From: Octopus sinensis
Lineage: Eukaryota
Direction of reading: 5' to 3'
Length of the DNA: 26,817 nt
Assembly: GCF_006345805.1 (NCBI RefSeq)
Contig: NW_021836348.1
Coordinates: 1-26,817 of the forward strand
This document shows positions 1 through 10,774 of this stretch, piece after piece (position 1 is the first letter of the stretch; each line of letters opens with the position of its first letter). The notes under the pieces are model-generated. The model did not search any database and was not told where the DNA came from. It was given only the letters and a program-made list of their open reading frames with translations. A program made the position numbers and the translations under genes.

Positions 1-658
1 TAGCGTTCGTAATATTTATCTCGTTCGGCTTAACAGCCCTTCGTGTTTGTGTTAGTGTTTTCTCCTTGTCCTGTATTTTACTGTTTATATTTTGTACTGT
101 CGTTACTGTCCTGTTTTTGTTACCATTTTTACCCTCCGCAAAAAAATCTCAAATTTTATTTAATTTGATTTTCGCGGGAAGGAATGTTTCATTAAAGTCC
201 TGTATCGCCTTGACCTTCGAAACGTGGAGTAGATGAAACAAAGGCGACTGAAGAAGGGGAATTTTCCTTGTTTTGTATGTCCTGTACTCTATTTTTTCGT
301 TGTTTAAGAAATATGTCCATTCCTTGGTTTTATGTTTATGTTATCGTTTCTCATTGTGTTCGACGTTTTTTGGTGTCCTGTACCCATATATATATATACA
401 TGTAGAGGTAGTTACGTACATATATGTATGTATATATGAATATGTTTTATTTATTTATTAATTTATTATATATATATATATATTATATAAGGGTAATAAT
501 ATTAATTTCAAAATCAACAATTATTACCGAGTAGTTTTCGGTATAGAAATATCACCATTATCGGTAGGACTTTTTTACAAAAAGTTCTTTATATATATAT
601 TAATATATATATACATATATATATATATATATTATATATATATATATATGTTGTGTGT

Positions 659-690
<32 letters not shown>

Positions 691-742
691 ATAATAGGGT
701 AAGCAACAGGTTGCTTAGCCACATACCGAAATTCAGAAATAC

Positions 743-905
743 CAGTCAAAACCACTTATTTATATTTTCTACAAATATAACTCCACATATAACACCGAAG
801 ACTTTGTTTTCGTTACTTTTCCTTCTTTTTATATATGTGAGCTACATGTATATATTATATGTGAAGTTATATTTGTAGAAAATAGAAATAAGCGGTTTTT
901 GACTG
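743..905. repeat. ~50-bp inverted repeat pair (foldback/MITE-like), arms 743-792 and 855-905
   Basis: Left arm cagtcaaaaccacttatttatattttctacaaatataactccacatataa matches the reverse complement of the right arm with 3 mismatches and 1 indel. It is embedded between (GT)n and (TA)n tracts. Confidence 0.8.
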
Positions 906-912
906 CTATTTT

Positions 913-943
<31 letters not shown>

Positions 944-1518
944 ACCATATATATTATATATATATATAATATATATATATAGATATATATATATATATAC
1001 AAACACATAATTTACTGGGTGTTAAGTATCACGATCATCGTTAAAGGTGTAATGTATTTATGCGAATCATCAACTTTCCTGCACGAATTTCGACATCTTA
1101 AACAATTCCATAAACTGTGATTCTGCGAGGAATGGACATTTGAACAGAGACACGCATTAGTCTCGGTGTCAACAGATCGGACAAATATCTTTGATGCCAA
1201 GCATTTCTATAGGTGCCTTTGTGACGTCAGACCTGTTGTTATTGAAACTTGTACGATTTTAATTGTTATGGTCTCGTTTCGTTCATTTCTCTCTTTAATC
1301 CCAATTTGCTTTCTTCATAGAATTCATCATTAATTGCTTTTATTCCATTGATATTCTTCGTTTTGTTGCTCTCTAATTTACAAACACAGTCACAAATTTC
1401 TAAGAGAGAAATGTCTAGCAGAGACGCCGTCAGATTAACCAAACTCTAATTGTCTAAGGTTTCCGTTAAAAGAACTTTAATTTAACAATTCATTCGAATG
1501 ATTTATAGAGTGGAACAG

Positions 1519-1547
1519 GTTTGGTTTCTCAACGTGAGAAACCAAAC
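1519..1547. repeat. Perfect 13-bp-arm palindrome/hairpin
   Basis: GTTTGGTTTCTCA-acg-TGAGAAACCAAAC. Confidence 0.85.
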
Positions 1548-1844
1548 TTTATAATCAGGATTACTCATAAAAAAATTTGTGCTATCGAAAAGCGTAGTAC
1601 TTCCAACAGTGTCACGTGATTACAGCTGTTCTATAATCGCATTCCTTCATTCCTCGCAGCCTTCTATTTCAATAGAGTATTTTCAAAATCTGTTTCTTTA
1701 TTTCAACTCCGTGATTTACATAATTTCCTCGCAACCAATAAAGCGTCTTTCACATCAAACTGGTGTGGCGGTAGAGGCGTCTGATTTTACACAAATACGT
1801 TTCTGTTAAAGCTTTGATAAGATTTAAATGCGACAACTCATACC

Positions 1845-1877
<33 letters not shown>

Positions 1878-2126
1878 CACACACACACACACACACACAT
1901 ACACACACATATATATATATACATAGACACGCATACATATTCATACAGTGTGTCTGTTATTCTTTGTGCAAAGACTTAGCATGATCGAATGCTGTTCTAG
2001 GCAGAGATGGTAGGTTGCCTAGTTTATACAAATAGAGGTACAGTTCATTTGACGGATTTCCAGTTGCATTTACAAGGCTATGGTAAAAATACTTGACTAA
2101 TACAGCAGGAAAATGTATGGAACACA

Positions 2127-2172
2127 GGAACATATGGTTACTACGAGAACTACTTAACCACACAGCCATCCT
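2127..2172 (-). mobile_element. Diverged fragment of OK-type SINE head
   Basis: ggaacatatggttactacgagaactacttaaccacacagccatcct aligns to the head end of the SINE copy at 4251-4699 (ggaaccatgtggttggtaagcaagctacttaccacacagcc). Confidence 0.55.
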
Positions 2173-2249
2173 ATACATACAAACATACATACATAGATAC
2201 AAGCATAATACGTGTGAACGTGCATGAAACCATACATACACATTAAGAG

Positions 2250-2500
2250 AAATTCGTTTAAAAATTTACAAACTTCAGTCAGAGAACAAACGCAGAAACT
2301 TTGGAAAAGGAGACGAACGAAAGTATTTGCAATCCTTTTAGTGAATGCACAAAATGCGTTTAAGGGTAGGTATGGCTGTGTAGATAATAGGGTGCACTGG
2401 GAAATTAGCCAAGTGTCTGGATTCAAAGATAAAATTGGCATGAACAAGAGTCAGGTATTGTGACGGAGGATAATAGCTACAATATTTTATGGAGCTGTCC
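2250..2500 (+). pseudogene. Highly degraded R4/Dong-clade non-LTR C-terminal (zinc finger/RLE region) fragment
   Basis: Across frames: ESICNPFSECT, DNRVHWEI, NWHEQESGIVTEDNSYNILW. These parallel the IISGC..HDRV..IHW..KWY..PEKVTENEKATILWD region of the better-preserved copy at 17121-18405. Confidence 0.45.
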
Positions 2501-2543
2501 ATAAAGACGAGAAATGCCGCTAAACATTTTGTGCGGCGTGCTA
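2501..2543 (-). mobile_element. OR-type SINE head fragment
   Basis: ataaagacgagaaatgccgctaaacattttgtgcggcgtgcta matches the head region of the copies at 18531-18711 and 19291-19502. Confidence 0.55.
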
Positions 2544-2544
2544 G

Positions 2545-2563
2545 TAATAGTAGTAGTAGTAGT

Positions 2564-2635
<72 letters not shown>

Positions 2636-2700
2636 TGTAGTAGTAGTAGTAGTAGTAGTAGCAGCAGCAGCAGTGGTAGTAGTAGCAGCAGCAGCAACAG
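2545..2700. repeat. Compound (TAG)n/(CAG)n microsatellite
   Basis: Directly visible. It explains the poly-S, poly-V, poly-L and poly-Y ORFs. Confidence 0.97.
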
Positions 2701-2940
2701 CAGCCGTTCAAGAATTTGGACCTGGAGATCTCCATTTCCAGCGACTTCGAGGGCCACCTCCCAATGGTGTCGTGCGTCAAAGAAGAGTCCTCGACTACAA
2801 GAAGACGACCAAAGTATTTTTTCCAATGCCTGGGGTCTCCCGCCCCTAAGCCCTAGACCATCACCTAATCACCCTTACCCGTCTTGTTGCTTGACAACAA
2901 CAACAACAACAGCAGCAGCAGCAGTTGTAGTAGTAGTAGT

Positions 2941-3350
2941 AATCCAGGATCTCAGTAAAGGTAATGCAGTGGATAATTGTCTCCTGCCTGCACCTTACGT
3001 GGAAGTTGATGACAGGAATAATATCTAAATGTGTGTAAAACGTCCTGGAAATGAATGACAAACTGTCAGTGGAACAGACGGGATGCAGGAGGAAAACCCG
3101 AGGAACAAAACGTCAATTTCTGATAGACAAAATGCTGCTGAGCGACCGCAAGAAAAGAATACTATCCTAGGTATGGCGTGGATAGATTATAAGAAGGTGT
3201 ATGCCATGACTTCTTATTTCTGGGGTTTAGAAAGTTTTGTGTTGGCACAGATGTCTCATAACATCTTAAATTTTATCAAGAGATCAATAAAGAGCTGGAA
3301 TACAGAATTAACATCATGTGGACAATTTTGGGTGTGGGTTAACTTCAAGA
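2941..3350 (+). pseudogene. R4/Dong-clade non-LTR retrotransposon, reverse transcriptase N-terminal fragment (frameshifted)
   Basis: Across frames: DLSKGNAVDN..LTWKLMTGIISK..EQTGCRRKTRGTKRQFLIDK..LGMAWIDYKKVY..SWNTEL. This matches the RT segment typical of R4/Dong elements (WIDYKKAYD). It is cut off just before the SINE at 3375. Confidence 0.8.
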
Positions 3351-3374
3351 TATACACAGACGCAGATATACATA

Positions 3375-3783
3375 GGCGCAGGAGTGGCTGTGTGGTAAGT
3401 AGCTTGCTAACCAACCACATGGTTCCGGGTTCAGTCCCACTGCAAAGCATCTTGGGCAAGTGTCTTCTGCTATAGCCCCGGGCCGACCAATGCCTTGTGA
3501 GTGGATTTGGTAGACGGAAACTGAAAGAAGCCCGTCGTATATATGTATGTATATATATATATGTGTGTGTGTGTACGTGTTGTGTGTCTGTGTTTGTCCC
3601 CCTAGCATTGCTTGACAACCGAATGGTGGTGTGTTTACGTCGCCGTCACTTAGCGGTTCGGCAAAAGAGACAGATAGAATAAGTACTGGGCTTACAATGA
3701 ATAAGTCCCGGGGTCGATTTGCTCGACTAAAAGGCGGTGCTCCAGCATGTCCGCAGTCAAATGACTGAAACAAGTAAAAGGAG
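3375..3783 (+). mobile_element. tRNA-derived SINE, octopus OK-like, full length
   Basis: A-box-like TGGCTGTGTGG, B-box-like GGTTCAGTCCC, CORE-like CTTGGGCAAGTGTCTT, internal (TA)/(TG)n, and 3' tail GGCGGTGCTCCAGCATGTCCGCAGTCAAATGACTGAAACAAGTAAAAG. Homologous copies occur at 4251 and 9416. Confidence 0.9.
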
Positions 3784-3784
3784 A

Positions 3785-4250
3785 CATGCAGGAAGTAAAC
3801 GGACACCTTTAATTTTCAAAATCTCTGATCTAAGAGTCCTAATATATTTTCAGCGGTGTAGAAATTACAATGTAATTATTCGCTTTCATTCCAAGTGTCA
3901 CTATATTAAACATTTACGAAGAGTAACCATGCCACGCACAAAAAATTCAACAGAACTGTCAAATTTTAAAAGAGGTTTTATCGTTGGGATATCTGAGGCT
4001 GGTCTTAACCAGAGAAAAATTGCCAAAATTTTTTTAATTCCTTTTGGCTACAGTTAATAGAATTATAGTGCGATTCATAAGCCAAGGAAAAGAATCAACA
4101 TATTCTTGTCCCGGCTGACCTGGGCCCTTGGAAAGGAAGCATCGATGTTTGAAAAGAATTGTGAAAATCCAGCCCCATTCGAAGGCTTCTGACATTGCGA
4201 AACAGCTAGAAGTTAGTCCAAGAACGTGTGTTACATATCTGCATAAGCTT
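3785..4250 (+). mobile_element. Tc1-like DNA transposon 5' fragment with transposase N-terminal HTH region (ATG 3929; frameshifted, internal stop)
   Basis: MPRTKNSTELSNFKRGFIVGISEAGLNQRKIAK / ATVNRIIVRF..G*PG..RKHRCLKRIVKIQPHSKASDIAKQLEVSPRT, a Tc1/Tc3-type paired-like DNA-binding domain. Upstream AAGTAAACGGACACC resembles a Tc1 TIR core. No DDE domain remains. Confidence 0.75.
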
Positions 4251-4446
4251 TTACTCTTATACTCTTTTACTTGCTTCAGTCATTTGAGCATCGCCGTTAG
4301 TCGAGCAAATCGATCCCGGGCCTTATTCTTTGCAAGCCTAGTACTTATTCTATCGGTCTCTTTTGCCGAACCGCTAGCTGACGGGAACATAAACACACCA
4401 GCATCAATTGTCAAGCAATGCTAGTGGGACAAACACAGACACACAA

Positions 4447-4493
<47 letters not shown>

Positions 4494-4699
4494 ATACACA
4501 CACACACACACACACACACATAAATAAACATATATACGACGGGTTTCTTTCAGTTTCCGTCTACCAAATTCACTCACAAGGCTTTGGTCGGCCCGAGGCT
4601 ATAGTAGAAGACACTTGCCCAAGGTGCCACGCAGTGGGACTGAACCCGGAACCATGTGGTTGGTAAGCAAGCTACTTACCACACAGCCAATCCTGAGCC
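4251..4699 (-). mobile_element. OK-like SINE, near full length, reverse orientation
   Basis: Reverse complement aligns to 3375-3783 (about a dozen mismatches over the ~170-nt head). It has an internal (CA)n tract and a small deletion in the 3' tail. Confidence 0.9.
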
Positions 4700-4728
4700 T
4701 TGGGTATTATGAACAAGCAACATACTGT

Positions 4729-4821
4729 CAAGGCTTTGGTCGGTCCGAGTCTATAGCAGAAGATACTTGCCCAAGGTGCCACGCAGTGGAACTGAACTCA
4801 GAACCATGTGGCTGTGAAGCA

Positions 4822-4822
<1 letters not shown>
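4729..4822 (-). mobile_element. Partial second copy of OK-like SINE head
   Basis: caaggctttggtcggtccgagtctatagcagaagatacttgcccaaggtgccacgcagtggaactgaactcagaaccatgtgg repeats roughly 4577-4660. Confidence 0.85.
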
Positions 4823-4858
<36 letters not shown>

Positions 4859-4869
4859 CTATCTATCTA

Positions 4870-4908
<39 letters not shown>

Positions 4909-5059
4909 AGCTCACCAGGACTATCGCTTAAAGAAAATATGAGAAAAGAACAAGAAGGAAAAAGCACGAAGAAGGTTCTTGCAAAACGTGAAACGGGAAG
5001 AGAGAAAAGAAAAGTAAGAAAAACAGGATCTACGTCCTCTTTGACTCTAGAAACTATAT

Positions 5060-5443
5060 CTAATGTAGCTTTTCGAACAACTCGGGGGATTTCTAACAAA
5101 GGCGAGATTCACATCGGGGAAAAAAAATACATGTAACAAACTGGGGAGATCCTTGCTGTAGGGCATGAGATATAATTAAGCACGGAACGACGAAAAGAAT
5201 TCAAGAATGGGAAGTAATTGAAAGTGAAAGTGAACACGAACTGCAAAAATATAAAATCTCATCTATTGCATCACATGCCCAAAATGCAATGAAGATTACA
5301 TTGGAGAAACAGGGACAAAATTAAACCGGTCGTGTAAAAATTGCATAAACATATTACAGATTTAACATGAAATTAATCAATTTCAAAAGACAAAAGAAAA
5401 CTACTTTATAAAAATTCTGAATCCGAAACGAAACCGGAAATAG
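5060..5443 (+). pseudogene. Penelope-like element C-terminal GIY-YIG endonuclease fragment (degenerate, internal deletion)
   Basis: Across frames: FLTKARFTS..VTNWGDPCC..KEFKNGK..NLIYCITCPKCNEDYIGETGTKL (from 5255)..ENYFIKILNPKRNRK* (TAG 5441-5443). The IY-x-C-xx-C-xxx-YIGET motif is typical of PLE GIY-YIG domains. Confidence 0.75.
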
Positions 5444-5718
5444 CAAACAATATTACGAAACTACAACTTTCTCTATTTGCAATTTTCCCAGATTGCGTGT
5501 GTTTGAAAAATTGAAAAAACAAATGTGCTTATCCATAAAATACACACTGGACATAAAATACACGCTAAATGCAAATTTCTCCCAAAACGATGGTGACTTT
5601 CGGTTAAATGAAAAAAAAACAAACAATTAATAGCATTTAAAAATTATTTTTCTAATTATTGTAACTATAAACTGATTTTTACAAAAGCTGATGTATATAT
5701 ATATATACACATACATAT

Positions 5719-6260
5719 ATGTACATCCGTGAGGACCTCACACCCCAGGTCCTCTTGTCATACTCAAACTCGGTGTGTGACACACTAATTGTACATATTA
5801 GGCAACTTGATGTAGTTGTGTGTGCTACATATCGCCCTCCAGATGCCCCAAGCCATATGGGCAAGTTTGAAGACTGCCTTATAAAAATAGAAGAAATTCT
5901 AACCACATTAGAACAACACATAGGTGTGCTTCTTATGGGAGACTTCAATCTGCCCAATGTCAGATGGCCCGAGGGCCTTTCTCTCCCAGGAATACAAGAT
6001 GTGAACGAGGACAGGCGAGGTCCCTCCTGAACCTCATCAACACCCTGTACATGGAGCAGGTAATACTCCAACCAACCAGGGCAGGTAACACACTGGATCT
6101 CTGCTTTACAAATGACATGGATCTCATCCATAATGTGAAAGTGACACCGACACTACTCTCGGATCACAACATGATAGAGCTGACCATGTACGGGCCAAAA
6201 GAGAGCACGGACATGCAGCCTACAAAAACCCTCAAATCTTTCCAGCTTGAACTACCATAA
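5719..6260 (+). pseudogene. APE-type endonuclease domain of the LINE (5'-truncated, frameshift near 6010)
   Basis: ORFs 5719-6030 (YRPPD, LMGDFNLPNVRW) and 5964-6260 (PTRAGNTLDLCFT, LSDHNMIEL) join across a 1-nt shift. Confidence 0.85.
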
Positions 6261-7161
6261 GCAAACTGGAAACAAATTGAGAAAGAGATCCTCAAACAAA
6301 ACTGGCCTAAATGTCTCTCCTCGCCAGACATCGACGTGAACTTCAACAATTCATGTCTGTAATGCAAGCCATATGCTACAAATGTGTCCCAGAGAGAAAG
6401 GCCACTGTACACAAGAACAAAATCCCCAGAGAGAGGAAAATTTTAATGAGACGGCGTACGAAATTTTCAAATCGCCTAAACAAACAGATTGAAACAGTGA
6501 AAAGTCCCGCCTAAAAATAAAACTGTTGGAAATCGAAAAATGTCTGCAACTCTCCCATGAAAGAAAGAGCAGACAAAGAAGCCTGGGCTATAGAAAACAT
6601 AAAATCTAACCCCAGAGCTTTCTACAGGTATGCCAAAGAACAGCTACAGTGCACTGTAGAATAGGGCCACTCCTCGAAAAGGATGGCACACTTACAGGAA
6701 AACCAATGAGGGTAAGTGAAATACTGAATGAGCAATTCAAGAGTGTTTTCACTCCACCCCTTGGGCATCTCCAAAACACCAATCCAACTGACTTTTTTAC
6801 CACTGCAGATATAAAATCAGAGGCGGCGACGATAGATTACATCGATATAAAGGAAGACGATGTAACCAAGGCTATAGATGAAATGAAAACAGACTCAGCT
6901 ACTGGCCCCGATGGATTCCGGCAATCCTCCTAAAAGCATGTAAGAGAGTCCTAGCAAGACCACTGCAGTTCCTCTTTCAGAGCTTCCTTGCAGCTGGCAA
7001 ACTTCCAGGAAAACTGAGGAAGGTAAAATATGCCCCATTCATAAAGGAGGTAGCAGAGCGGAAGCCAAGAACTATAGACCTATCTCTCTGACCTCACACA
7101 TCAGCAAGGTCATGGAACGAATAGTCAGAAGGAAGCTGATCACCTTCCTGAAGAGAATGAC

Positions 7162-8433
7162 TTGCTGCCCGACACCCAACATGGTTTCCGACCAGGGAGA
7201 AGCTGTTTAACTCAGCTCCTACAACACTATGACTGGGTGCTGAAACGGCTGCTCAACCACTCAAATGTGGAAGTGATATATCTCGACTTTGCAAAGGCCT
7301 TTGATAAAGTCGATCATGGAATGATATGTCACAAACTGCGTGATCTCAACATAGTTGGAAAATTGGGAGAATGGCTTCATGACTTTCTGAAGGATAGAAG
7401 TCAGGTGGTAGTAGCCAATGGGGCCACCTCCATTAACACACAAATAGTGAGCGGTGTTCCGCAGGGCACTGTTCTGGGACCACTACTGTTCATAATGGCC
7501 CTCTCAGACATGCCCTCAGCCACGCAGAGAGCCACGATCACAAGTTATGCAGATGATACAAAAGTTTCACAGGCAATACAGAACCCTGAGGACACTAAAC
7601 ACCTGCAATGTGAGCTGGACGAAATATACAAGTGGGATGAAAAGAATAGCATGCAGTTCAATGCTGGAAAGTTTCAAGCTTTATACTATCAGCATGCAAA
7701 ACTGAATGCAATACCCAATGAATACACTGGACCCGGAGGGATTGCAATCCCAGAGGCACAATCAGTGCGTGACCTGGGTATTCACATGAGTGATGACGCG
7801 ACCTTTCATGTACATGTTGCTAAACTGACAATGAAATGTAGACGGCTGGCTGGGATGGATCTTAGAACCTTTAGAACAAGAGAACAAGAAACCATGATGG
7901 TCCTCTGGAAGACACTTGTCCTAAGCCACTTTGACTATTGCTCTCAGCTATGGTCACCATCCAGTGTCAAGTTGATCACAGAACTTGAGGCGATCCAACG
8001 AAGCTACACAAAGAAGATAGCCTCTATGCAGAATGTAAGCTACTGGGAAAGACTCAAGAGATTAAAATTATATTCCCTGGAGCGTAGGCGGGAAAGATAT
8101 GCCATAATATACATCTGGAAGATCCTGGAGGGAAGTGTCCTGAACTTTGGCATCGAGAGTTACGCAAATGCCAGAACTGGGCGCCACTGCGTGGTGCCTA
8201 GGACTCCAAACCTGCCATCAAGATGTAGGACAAGATTCTGTGATAGCCTGGGCTTCCGAGGCCCACAGCTCTTCAATATCCTCCCGAAGAACCTGAGAGA
8301 CCTGCATGGGGTGGATACAGATGTCTTTAAAATGAAGCTGGATCTCTTCCTGTCAGGTGTCCCAGATGAACCAACTTCACGGCAGGAGGGGCAGATGAGG
8401 GCAGCTGCATCGAACTCTCTCATGCACAAATAG
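7162..8433 (+). CDS. Reverse transcriptase and C-terminal part of LINE ORF2 (uninterrupted 423-aa frame; not a free-standing gene)
   Basis: QHGFRPGRSCLTQLL, YLDFAKAFDKVDH, SGVPQGTVLGPLLF, YADDTK, VRDLGI, YWERLKRLKLYSLERRRERY. Confidence 0.9.
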   Translation: MLPDTQHGFRPGRSCLTQLLQHYDWVLKRLLNHSNVEVIYLDFAKAFDKVDHGMICHKLRDLNIVGKLGEWLHDFLKDRSQVVVANGATSINTQIVSGVPQGTVLGPLLFIMALSDMPSATQRATITSYADDTKVSQAIQNPEDTKHLQCELDEIYKWDEKNSMQFNAGKFQALYYQHAKLNAIPNEYTGPGGIAIPEAQSVRDLGIHMSDDATFHVHVAKLTMKCRRLAGMDLRTFRTREQETMMVLWKTLVLSHFDYCSQLWSPSSVKLITELEAIQRSYTKKIASMQNVSYWERLKRLKLYSLERRRERYAIIYIWKILEGSVLNFGIESYANARTGRHCVVPRTPNLPSRCRTRFCDSLGFRGPQLFNILPKNLRDLHGVDTDVFKMKLDLFLSGVPDEPTSRQEGQMRAAASNSLMHK

Positions 8434-8549
8434 CAGTTGCTAGAAAGCCTCCATGAAGTGAAACCAAGTAGCAACACCAAATGGCGGTGCCCCAGCATGG
8501 CCACAGCTCATAAGCTGAAACTAGAATCAATCAATCAATCAATCATAAT

Positions 8550-8591
<42 letters not shown>

Positions 8592-9415
8592 GTTGTGGTG
8601 TGTGTGTGTGTGTGCATATATATATATAAACAACACAAAGTAGAACACAGACACGTTTTTGCTTTATGTTGAGTTGTTCACACACACACATACGCACACA
8701 CACACGCAAACATACACACATTCACACATAGATATGCATTTGTGAGTGTGTATGTCTGCGTGTGAGTATGTGTTTGTATATGTGTCTATGTGTATATATA
8801 TGCATAAGTATTTATGGATATCATGTATACACACACGCGCTCATGTATATCATATATTAATTGAAAATCTTCGTGTAAAGGAAGCGTGTAATGCAAGAAT
8901 CGAAGTTGCAATTCTGTTCTCTATTTCCCTATTTCCCGTTGAAAGTTGATGGTTCCTTGATTTGATAAAGAACTTCGTTAATGCTAAAGTTTATTACAGA
9001 CTCCCAGGCAAAGTTCTGAATAATTCTTCAGAATAGAATTCAATTTCTCTGAAAGTAGTGTGCTTGTAGGCCATCTTCTATACTCGTTTGCAAAGCATGA
9101 AAATTTCAGGAATTCAATTGTACCATTATTGTTCGAAAGAATATGACACTTATTTTTTTTCTCTCTATTTTCTTCTTTTTTTTTCTTTTAATGATGTAAG
9201 TGAACGAAAATCAGAAAATATGAAAGACAATTGCAGAGAGAGAATAGTGAAAGTTATGATTGAATTTTCTGCCGAAGTTTTCACGCTTAACTAGGTGCAT
9301 AAATCTCCTAGTAGGAAATTGAAATAGAGAAAGTTCTAGAAAGGCATTTAAAAAATAGCCTTCTTTCTGGTGATAGAAATTTTGTTTCCAAGGCAAAATG
9401 GAAATATATCGATAT

Positions 9416-9797
9416 ATCTTTTATCTTTTCCTTGTTTCTGGCATTAGACTGCGGCCATGCTGAGGCACTGCCTTGAAGAAGTTTTGCTCGAAGGAATCGA
9501 CTCCAGTACTTATTTTTTAAGCATGGCGCTCATTCTATCGGTCTATTACGCCGAACAGCTAATTTCCGGGGACGTAAAGAGACCAACGCCGGTGCTGGGG
9601 TCTAACACAATCACAAAGACACAGATGGACATATATACGATGGGCTTCCTTCAGTTTCCGTCTAGCAAATCCTCCCACAAGGTTTTGATTGGTGCGAGGC
9701 TATAGTAGAGGACACTTGCCCAAAATACCACATTGTGGGACTGAACCTAGAACCATGTGGTTGGGAAGCAAGCTTCATACCACACATCCACGCCTGT
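9416..9797 (-). mobile_element. Older, diverged OK-like SINE
   Basis: The reverse complement has the same head (ccacatggttctaggttcagtcccaca..ttgggcaagtgtcctctactatagcc) and tail (aaggcagtgcctcagcatggccgcagtc..gaaacaag). Confidence 0.85.
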
Positions 9798-9944
9798 GGC
9801 CGATAAATAAATATATTTATAAACTTTTCCTTTCGCTTTACGTCTATGTCGTTTTTGATTTTTCTTGTTTAAAAATGAATCTTTGATATTATTGAACCAA
9901 TACCGATGGTTCCACACATCTTGGAGATGGCATCCTGAAAAAGG

Positions 9945-9977
<33 letters not shown>

Positions 9978-10086
9978 TTGTTGTTGTTGTTCTTCTTCTT
10001 CTTCTTCTTCTTCTTCTTCTTCTTCTTCTTCTTCTTCTTCTTCTTCTTCTTCTTCTTCTTCTTCTTCTTCTTCTTCTTCTTCTTCT
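9945..10086. repeat. (TGC/TGT)n followed by long (TCT)n microsatellite
   Basis: Directly visible. Confidence 0.97.
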
Positions 10087-10774
10087 ACAATATCAAAGAT
10101 GAAAAAAAAACGAAAGGTAATCGTTATATGAAAGTCACTGGCCTTATAAAGACATACCGTGATAACATGGATTCATTAAGCATTTTCTGCATCATGTGTC
10201 AGTGTATGTGGACACCAGCGCGCCACACTACGGCAGGTCAATGAGTTTGATTTGCAATCGTTTTCAAATTAACAGTATTGACAAATATACAGTACGTGTA
10301 TGCTGAAATTGATAGCATAAAATATATTAAATGACAGTTATCGGTTGGTATTGTCTATGAAGGAATGTAATAAATTATTTTACACTAACAGTATGTCCAG
10401 ACGTATATATGTTTCTGTCTGTTTGTCTGTATGTATATATATGCAGAGAGAGAGAGAGAGAGAGAGAGAGGAGAAAGAGAGAGAGATGAATAGGGTATTT
10501 AAGTTGAGGCACCAAAATTTAGTACGGTATCATCCTTACAATTTCAAAATAAGGTGATTAAAATCAAAATAAGCAACAAGTATATCCAGATGTAATGCAG
10601 TACGATCGTTTCATACAACTCCATTTAATTGAACAATGCAATCATTGCATCAATTTAAAATGCAGAGCAATCTTCAGCTGCATAAAGTCATAGAATTTAA
10701 TTAAATTAGAACAGATGCAATGTGTAAAATAGTCCTGGGTATGGAACGAGTATGTAATAACATAAATATATTAC

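Larger units (their letters stand above)
5719..8545 (+). mobile_element. 5'-truncated CR1/L2-group LINE (apurinic endonuclease + RT ORF2, short 3' UTR, (AATC)n tail)
   Basis: APE motifs YRPPD, GDFNLP, PTRAGNTLDL and SDHN. RT motifs are listed under the CDS entry. About nine frameshifts lie in 5719-7160. The element ends in (AATC)n at 8525-8545 and is flanked by TA-rich repeats. Confidence 0.93.

Noticed and set aside
185-270. Hammerhead-like words CGAAACGT (218-225) and CTGAAGA (248-254)
   Set aside because: They are in permuted order, and no assignment gives helix I pairing across a valid UH site with GAAA after helix II. It cannot be folded as a type I, II or III hammerhead in cis.
2702-2890. 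GC-rich block between microsatellites, tested as HDV-like ribozyme or retroelement 3' end
   Set aside because: The TCCTCG word is present but P1/P3 pairing cannot be built, and translations match no motif. Left unassigned.
5680-5700. CTGATG cut by (TA)n at the end of the Penelope-like region, as a possible truncated hammerhead core
   Set aside because: It is only 6 nt and the rest of the motif is not found on the other side of the LINE.
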